Source of the DNA: Candidatus Nomurabacteria bacterium
Lineage (GTDB): Bacteria; Patescibacteriota; Minisyncoccia; Phycocordibacterales; UBA9973
Assembly (NCBI GenBank): GCA_052035405.1
Contig: JBPOHQ010000003.1
Location: 5,878 to 69,877 of the forward strand
DNA: 64,000 nt
Direction: 5' to 3'
Below the pieces are notes generated by a model, which worked only from the letters and a program-made list of their open reading frames with translations, was not told the origin of the DNA and searched no databases. Within the stretch, counting starts at the first letter, position 1; each line of letters begins with the position of its first letter. A program made the translations under genes and the position numbers. Below are positions 58,686 through 64,000 of this stretch, one piece after another.

Positions 58686-59366
58686 ATGAGCGAAACAATA
58701 ATAATTTCATTAGGTGGAGCAATGATCGTACCGGAAAGTATAAACACAGACTTTCTAAAAGAATTCAAAAAATTAATTGTTTCGCATGTTGAGCAGGGAA
58801 AAAAATTTGTGATAATCACAGGAGGAGGGAAGACTTGTAGAAATTACCAAAATGCAGCAAAAGAAATTTCTGAGACTTCACATGAAGATCTAGATTGGAT
58901 AGGTATTGCTACCTGTAATTTAAATGCTGAATTGTTAAGGACTATTTTTAGTGACTACGCAAATAAAAAAGTTATTTCTGACTTAGCTTCTCCTTTTTCT
59001 TTTGAAAAAACAATAGTGATTGGTGGTGCATTAGAACCGGGACATAGTTCTGATTTTGATGCATTTTTAGCTGCAAGAAATCTAGGTGCTAAAAAAGTAA
59101 TAAACCTTTCAAATACTGATTATGTCTATGACAAAGACCCAAAAACTCACCCAGATGCAAAAAAGATTGAGAAAATTTCCTGGGCAGAATATCGTAAACT
59201 TATTCCAGCAGAATGGAACCCAGGACTGAATTCTCCATTTGACCCTATTGCATCAGAAGTAGCAGAAAAAGAGGGTATCACCGTAGTCACTATGAATGGT
59301 AAGAATATCGAAAACTTAGAAAAATGTTTGAACAACGAAGAGTTTGCAGGGACTACTATCTACTAA
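58686..59366 (+). CDS. pyrH: UMP kinase, short archaeal-type (amino-acid-kinase fold)
   Basis: IIISLGGAMIVPE...VIITGGGKTCRNY...VIGGALEPGHSSDFDAFLAAR...KDPKTHPDAKKI. Confidence 0.7.
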   Translation: MSETIIISLGGAMIVPESINTDFLKEFKKLIVSHVEQGKKFVIITGGGKTCRNYQNAAKEISETSHEDLDWIGIATCNLNAELLRTIFSDYANKKVISDLASPFSFEKTIVIGGALEPGHSSDFDAFLAARNLGAKKVINLSNTDYVYDKDPKTHPDAKKIEKISWAEYRKLIPAEWNPGLNSPFDPIASEVAEKEGITVVTMNGKNIENLEKCLNNEEFAGTTIY

Positions 59367-59416
59367 TAATAAATAACTAATAATTACACAGGGTACTGTG
59401 TGTAATTATAAAATTA

Positions 59417-60187
59417 ATGGCAATTATAATAAAAACAAAAGAGGAGATAGAGATACTTCGAGAAGGAGGCAAGAGACTCGCGACCGTACTGTATAAAGTA
59501 AAGGACAAAGTGGCTCCAGGTATTTCTACAAAAGAACTCGATGCATATGCTGAGAAGCTAATTAGAGAATATGGTGACGAACCAGCTTTTCTAAACTATA
59601 GACCAGTCGGAGCGAAGACTCCTTTTCCTGCATCTCTTTGCGTATCGATAAATGATGAAGTTGTGCATGGTATACCAAAAGCAGGGAGAATACTAAAAGA
59701 AGGAGATATTATCTCTATTGATTTAGGATTAAAACATAAAGGTATGTTTACTGACATGGCCCTTACTGTACCCGTAGGTAAAATTTCTCCAGCATTAGAA
59801 CAGCTTTTAAAAATAACTGAAGAATCACTTCATGTTGGTATTTCTGCTGCGGTTGGAGGATATAGAGTAGGGGACATTGGGGATGCTATTGAGAGCTTTG
59901 TGAAGCCTCATAAGTACGGTATTGTTGATGTTCTCTCTGGTCACGGAGTTGGAAAGTATATCCATGAAGATCCCTATATTCCTAATTTTGGAAGAAAGGG
60001 CACTGGTGAAAAACTTGTTCCAGGAATGGTAGTCGCTATTGAACCGATGTTAAACATGGGAACTAAAAAAGTTTTTATTGATAAAGACAATTGGACTTTT
60101 AAAACTGTTGACGGGAAACGAAGTGCTCACTTCGAACTCACTATATTGATAACCGATGGCGACCCAGAAATTTTAACGAAGTTTTAA
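59417..60187 (+). CDS. map: Methionine aminopeptidase type I
   Basis: Metal-binding D..D..H..E..E pattern. GISTKELD...HGIP...SIDLG...HGVG. Confidence 0.9.
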   Translation: MAIIIKTKEEIEILREGGKRLATVLYKVKDKVAPGISTKELDAYAEKLIREYGDEPAFLNYRPVGAKTPFPASLCVSINDEVVHGIPKAGRILKEGDIISIDLGLKHKGMFTDMALTVPVGKISPALEQLLKITEESLHVGISAAVGGYRVGDIGDAIESFVKPHKYGIVDVLSGHGVGKYIHEDPYIPNFGRKGTGEKLVPGMVVAIEPMLNMGTKKVFIDKDNWTFKTVDGKRSAHFELTILITDGDPEILTKF

Positions 60188-60193
60188 TCAAGA

Positions 60194-60288
60194 AACATTG
60201 TGTATTTTAGAGTACGGATATTTTTCTGCTGAAAAATTCCTCGTGCTCGAGCCGCCGCTCTCGCAAGCCTCTAAAACACACAATGTTT
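60194..60288. repeat. 19-bp near-perfect inverted repeat (aacattgtgtattttagag ... ctctaaaacacacaatgtt) flanking a 57-nt GC-richer loop
   Basis: Read directly. One mismatch in the arms. Lies between the map stop and the likely start (60315) of the large ATPase gene. Confidence 0.8.
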
Positions 60289-60314
60289 CTTTAGTTCGTG
60301 TTATAATTTTAGAT

Positions 60315-63086
60315 ATGGAAAAATCATTTCTAGATGAAATGCCTAAATTTAAATCTCCCGATGAGGAGTTGGCTTATTTGCGTGAGCACGTAGCTCAGAG
60401 GGAAAAAGATTTAATGGAAAAGGGTCAATTTGAACATGCTCAAGAAAGTGCTATTCGACATACTATCAATGAGTACAAGCAGGTGTCCGTCTCCGAAGCG
60501 ATACATAAAGATCTTGCACTATCTAAAAAAGAAACTGAAGGGATTGTCCTTAAGCTAAAACCTGAGACTCATGATGCTGTCATGGAGGAACTTCTCGGAC
60601 TTATGATTACTAAAGGTGTGCGTAATGCACTGGAAGTCGTTGAATCAATGGGTAATCCTCACATAGAGGATGATTTTCATCGACTACTGGTTCAGTATTT
60701 TAAAAGCGGACAATATGTAAAGAATCTCAAGGAGGGTAGTCCACTTTATAAATCATTAAATATGACACTTTTTGAAATAACTCTTCCGCCGAGCGATGAT
60801 ACTTCAAAAGGCTTCAAGGAATTCATCGGTGCCATGGAGCAATTCTATGCTGGTATGCAGTCTATTGCTGAAGATCGATATAATAAAAAAGAAAATTATT
60901 TTACCCTTGAGGTAGCTTTATCTAACGACACAGATCATGTAGTAGTGTATGCTGCTGTTCCGAATAAATATATATCACTTTTTGAAAAACAGGTCTTGTC
61001 TTTTTATCATAATGCAAAAATCCATGAAGTAGAAAATGATTACAATATTTTTAATGAAGAAGGTGATTCTGTTGGTGCATATGCGACTTTCACCCAACGT
61101 CCAGTCTTGCCAATAAAGACGTATGACCAAATTGATCATGATCCGATGAATACTATCTTGAATGTATTTTCTAAACTTAAAACTAAAGGAGAGGGGGCTG
61201 CTATACAACTAGTTATTGCTCCCGCTGGAGATAAATTTATAAATGAATTTCATGCCATCTTAGATGATGTAAAAGATGGCAAGTCAGTTAAATACGCTGC
61301 AGATAATTATTATAAATTCACCACTGCATTTTTGAGTGCTTCTAAAGAAGTAATATTTGGTTCAAAGAAGAAAGAAGAGAAGACTGATAAGCATATGACA
61401 GGACGACGAGCTGTAGACGAAGGGGCCGCGGAAAAGATAGGGAATAAGGTCAAAAGTACTATCATGAAAGCGAATATCCGCGTTATTGCTTCAGCAGATT
61501 CTAAAGAAAGAGCAGATTCAATTTTGAAAGAAATAGAGTCATCTTTTAATCAGTTTGCTGAGCCAGCGAGTAATTCTTTTATTTTCGAGAGGGCTCATGG
61601 AAGCGACTTAAAGAAATTATTTTATGACTTTTCTTTTCGGACTTTTTCTCCCGAAGAAGTTTTGCCCATGAATTTAAAAGAGCTTTCTTCAGTATTTCAT
61701 TTTCCTGTAGGTATTTCAGGTCAATCACAATTAAAAGAAGCAAAAGCTGGTAGTGCTCCTGCTCCAATCGAATTAACTACAAGTGGTACCGATGGAATTG
61801 TTCTAGGTATAAATAGCTACCGAGGTAAGGATACAACTATACGCATGTCACGAGAAGATAGAATGAGACATATGTATGTGATAGGGCAGACCGGTACAGG
61901 TAAGACTACAATATTAAAAAATATGATTGCTCAAGATATCCGAAATGGTGACGGATGTTGTTTTATTGATCCGCACGGAACAGACATACAAGATATTCTC
62001 TCTTATGTGCCTAAAGAGAGAATGGATGATGTTATTTATTTTGATCCTGCATACACAGCACGTCCGATGGGGCTCAATATGCTCGAGTATGATCCAAGTT
62101 ACCCAGAGCAGAAGACTTTCGTTGTAAACGAACTGATGGGTATTTTTAACAAACTTTTTGATATGAAAGTTGGAGGTGGAGCTATGTTTGAACAGTATTT
62201 TAGAAATAGTGCATTTCTTGTGATGGAGGACCCAGAGTCAGGTTCAACGCTTCTCGAGATTACTCGAGTTCTTGCTGATAAAAAGTTCCGCGATATGAAA
62301 CTCGCAAAATGTAAAAATCCTATTATTAAACAATTCTGGATTTCTGCAGAAGAAACGACAGGGGATCAGTCTCTAGCCAACTTCGTACCTTATATATCAT
62401 CAAAATTTGATAACTTTATTTCTAACGACATAATGCGTCCAGTGGTACTTCAGCAAAATTCTGTTTTTGATTTTAGGAAAATAATGGATGAAAAGAAAAT
62501 ATTGCTAGTAAATCTTTCAAAAGGAAGACTAGGAGATATAAATGCGAATCTTATCGGTCTGGTTCTCGTAGGCAAGATTCAGATGGCGGCACTTTCTCGT
62601 GTTGATATGTTTGGCAAACCGATGAATGACTTCTATTTATACATCGATGAGTTCCAAAATGTCACCACGGACTCAATAGCATCTATTCTTTCTGAAGCAC
62701 GTAAATATCGTTTGTCTTTGACTGTAGCTCATCAGTACATTTCTCAACTTGAAGAGAAAATAAAAAACGCAGTTTTTGGAAACGTGGGGTCTATGGCTAT
62801 TTATCGTATTTCTCCAGAAGATGCTGCTTTTGTGGAACCTAAATTTAAACCAACTTTTACTGCGAATGATATAACAAAGTTAGATAACTTTAATTCTTAT
62901 GTAAACATGCTCGTGAATGGAACTCCGATAAAGCCTTTTAGTATGACTTCTCACTGGAGTCTCTTGCAAAAAGGGAACAAAGACATTGTTGAACCCTTAA
63001 AAGAACTTTCATATATAAAATATGGTCGTGATCGTGAAGAAGTTGAAGCTGAGATAATGGCACGTTTTAATTCCTCGATGCAATAA
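60315..63086 (+). CDS. Large soluble P-loop NTPase: C-terminal TraG/TraD/VirD4/VirB4-superfamily (type IV secretion/AAA-like) ATPase domain with ~500-aa uncharacterised N-terminal region
   Basis: Walker A YVIGQTGTGKTT (61884-61910), DPHG box (61969-61980), Walker B LYIDEFQNV (62641-62661), AHQYISQL. No TM segments. Start taken at MEKSFLDE rather than ORF-track 60198. Confidence 0.55.
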   Translation: MEKSFLDEMPKFKSPDEELAYLREHVAQREKDLMEKGQFEHAQESAIRHTINEYKQVSVSEAIHKDLALSKKETEGIVLKLKPETHDAVMEELLGLMITKGVRNALEVVESMGNPHIEDDFHRLLVQYFKSGQYVKNLKEGSPLYKSLNMTLFEITLPPSDDTSKGFKEFIGAMEQFYAGMQSIAEDRYNKKENYFTLEVALSNDTDHVVVYAAVPNKYISLFEKQVLSFYHNAKIHEVENDYNIFNEEGDSVGAYATFTQRPVLPIKTYDQIDHDPMNTILNVFSKLKTKGEGAAIQLVIAPAGDKFINEFHAILDDVKDGKSVKYAADNYYKFTTAFLSASKEVIFGSKKKEEKTDKHMTGRRAVDEGAAEKIGNKVKSTIMKANIRVIASADSKERADSILKEIESSFNQFAEPASNSFIFERAHGSDLKKLFYDFSFRTFSPEEVLPMNLKELSSVFHFPVGISGQSQLKEAKAGSAPAPIELTTSGTDGIVLGINSYRGKDTTIRMSREDRMRHMYVIGQTGTGKTTILKNMIAQDIRNGDGCCFIDPHGTDIQDILSYVPKERMDDVIYFDPAYTARPMGLNMLEYDPSYPEQKTFVVNELMGIFNKLFDMKVGGGAMFEQYFRNSAFLVMEDPESGSTLLEITRVLADKKFRDMKLAKCKNPIIKQFWISAEETTGDQSLANFVPYISSKFDNFISNDIMRPVVLQQNSVFDFRKIMDEKKILLVNLSKGRLGDINANLIGLVLVGKIQMAALSRVDMFGKPMNDFYLYIDEFQNVTTDSIASILSEARKYRLSLTVAHQYISQLEEKIKNAVFGNVGSMAIYRISPEDAAFVEPKFKPTFTANDITKLDNFNSYVNMLVNGTPIKPFSMTSHWSLLQKGNKDIVEPLKELSYIKYGRDREEVEAEIMARFNSSMQ

Positions 63087-63153
63087 TATTATTTGAATAA
63101 AAGGCTTAAATTTGCTAGTATTGGAGCATTATAATATTAATTTAGAATTATCT

Positions 63154-63630
63154 ATGCCAAGACCAAATGATGAGGTTTCTTTGATAATAATCAAACCAGA
63201 CGCTGTTCAGCGTAACTTGATAGGAGATATTATTAGTCGTTTTGAAAAAAAAGGATTGAAAATAGTTGGTATTAAAATGATGAGCATTCAAGATGCCACG
63301 TTAGAAGAACACTATGCTCATATCGTAGATAAACCTTTCTTCCCAGGTATTCGAGATTTTATGAAGGCTTGTCCTGTCGTCGTAATGGCTGTCGCAGGAA
63401 TAAATGCAGTGTCTGCAATTCGTCTTTTAGTGGGACCTACAAAAGCATGGGAAGCTACAGCAGGAACAATTCGAGGAGATTTTTCTCTTTCAACTCAATC
63501 AAACATAGTGCACGCTTCTGACTCAGTTGAAAATGGAATTATTGAGGTTAAAAGATTTTTTATTGATGAAGAAATATTTAATTATCAAAAAATTGATGCA
63601 GATTTTATCTACGCAGAGCATAAAGAATAA
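63154..63630 (+). CDS. ndk: Nucleoside diphosphate kinase (start corrected to MPRPNDE)
   Basis: LIIIKPDAVQRNLIGDIISRFEKKGLKIVG...GPTKAWEA..GTIRGDF...HASDS (active-site His). Confidence 0.88.
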   Translation: MPRPNDEVSLIIIKPDAVQRNLIGDIISRFEKKGLKIVGIKMMSIQDATLEEHYAHIVDKPFFPGIRDFMKACPVVVMAVAGINAVSAIRLLVGPTKAWEATAGTIRGDFSLSTQSNIVHASDSVENGIIEVKRFFIDEEIFNYQKIDADFIYAEHKE

Positions 63631-63680
63631 TTTTTGCAACTTGTTTTAAAAATAATTTCATGGTTTTTTAAAAAAAAATC

Positions 63681-63708
63681 TTGCAAATTATTTTTAGAAA
63701 GGTAATAT
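63681..63708 (+). promoter_or_regulatory. Sigma70-like promoter (TTGCAA-16-TAATAT) driving a short non-coding transcript
   Basis: Good hexamers. No ORF >9 aa before the terminator at 63847-63880. Confidence 0.4.
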
Positions 63709-63714
63709 GAACAT

Positions 63715-63882
63715 AGGGTTATTTTTAATTATTACCTAGAACACTATCTTTTGGGAGATTCGATTGGATAAGACCTTGGTCTCATACATCTATCACCCAC
63801 CTAGCTTAATTGCTACGGTAATACATTGAAGATAGCCCTAAGAAGTATCCGCCACTTTAAAAAAGTTCGGCGGATTTTTCTT
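63715..63882 (+). ncRNA. Candidate small RNA / cis-regulatory leader (~165 nt) ending in an intrinsic terminator
   Basis: Promoter upstream. Terminator atccgccactttaaaaaagttcggcggat + T5 at 63847-63880. A separate promoter (TTGTTT-16-TATAAT, 63891-63919) precedes the next gene. Confidence 0.35.
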
Positions 63883-63926
63883 TATATTTAGTTTGTTTAA
63901 TTACTATACGGCGTTATAATGTCCTT

Positions 63927-64000
63927 ATGGACAGAAAGAAACTTTTTATACGATTAACACTCCTTATTCTCTGTATTTTTGTATTGAATTTTATTGCAAC
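63927..64000 (+). CDS. Partial CDS (5' end only) for a signal-peptide-bearing protein continuing beyond the window
   Basis: MDRKKLFIRLTLLILCIFVLNFIA... preceded by a TATAAT box. Confidence 0.4.
   Translation, partial: MDRKKLFIRLTLLILCIFVLNFIA

Noticed and set aside
60198-60314. ORF-track N-terminal extension of the large ATPase (MCILEYGYFSAEKF...)
   Set aside because: This stretch is the 19-bp inverted-repeat hairpin region. The downstream Met at 60315 (MEKSFLDE) is a more plausible start.

Overview
This 64-kb window appears to come from a low-GC, gene-dense genome of CPR/Patescibacteria (Parcubacteria-like) type. That placement is an inference from content. The ribosomal-protein operons are intact, but L30 is absent from its usual slot in the spc operon and L1/L10/L7-L12 do not follow L11. 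Several proteins are fused: TsaC-TsaE, and CcdA-thioredoxin (DipZ-like). Kinases (cmk, pyrH) look archaeal-type. Some ribosomal proteins carry K/A-rich extensions.

Core content, in order along the window:
- A cluster of a GrpB-family gene, an IMPase-family gene, tRNA-Ser, ruvX and pilMNO.
- tRNA-Val, tRNA-Arg, rluA, rplS and tRNA-Leu.
- A DUF3095-like cyclase-like protein next to two P-type ATPases, separated by a DipZ-like/VKOR disulfide-bond module and a GC-rich structured RNA with RNase P RNA-like motifs.
- tRNA-His, a t6A cluster (tsaD plus the tsaC-tsaE fusion), mntH, an FKBP isomerase and a SIMPL-domain protein.
- secE-nusG-rplK, then a minus-strand thyA-folA-dcd operon.
- A compositionally atypical (GC-rich) secreted-protein island.
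- A DEAD-box helicase and a 1218-aa surface protein built from three tandem modules of DUF285-type repeats.
- rpmB, an M50 protease, and rpsL-rpsG-[HExxH insert]-fusA.
- A MacAB-like ABC efflux trio.
- tuf-S10-spc operons (rpsJ to secY), interrupted by an inserted TrmB-family regulator with two small ORFs and by an internal terminator/promoter pair.
- cmk/adk/pyrH/map, then a large soluble TraG/VirD4/VirB4-superfamily P-loop ATPase with a novel N-terminal half preceded by a 19-bp inverted repeat, and ndk.

I found no CRISPR array, transposase or integrase. All functional calls come from motifs I read in the translations. No database search was run.
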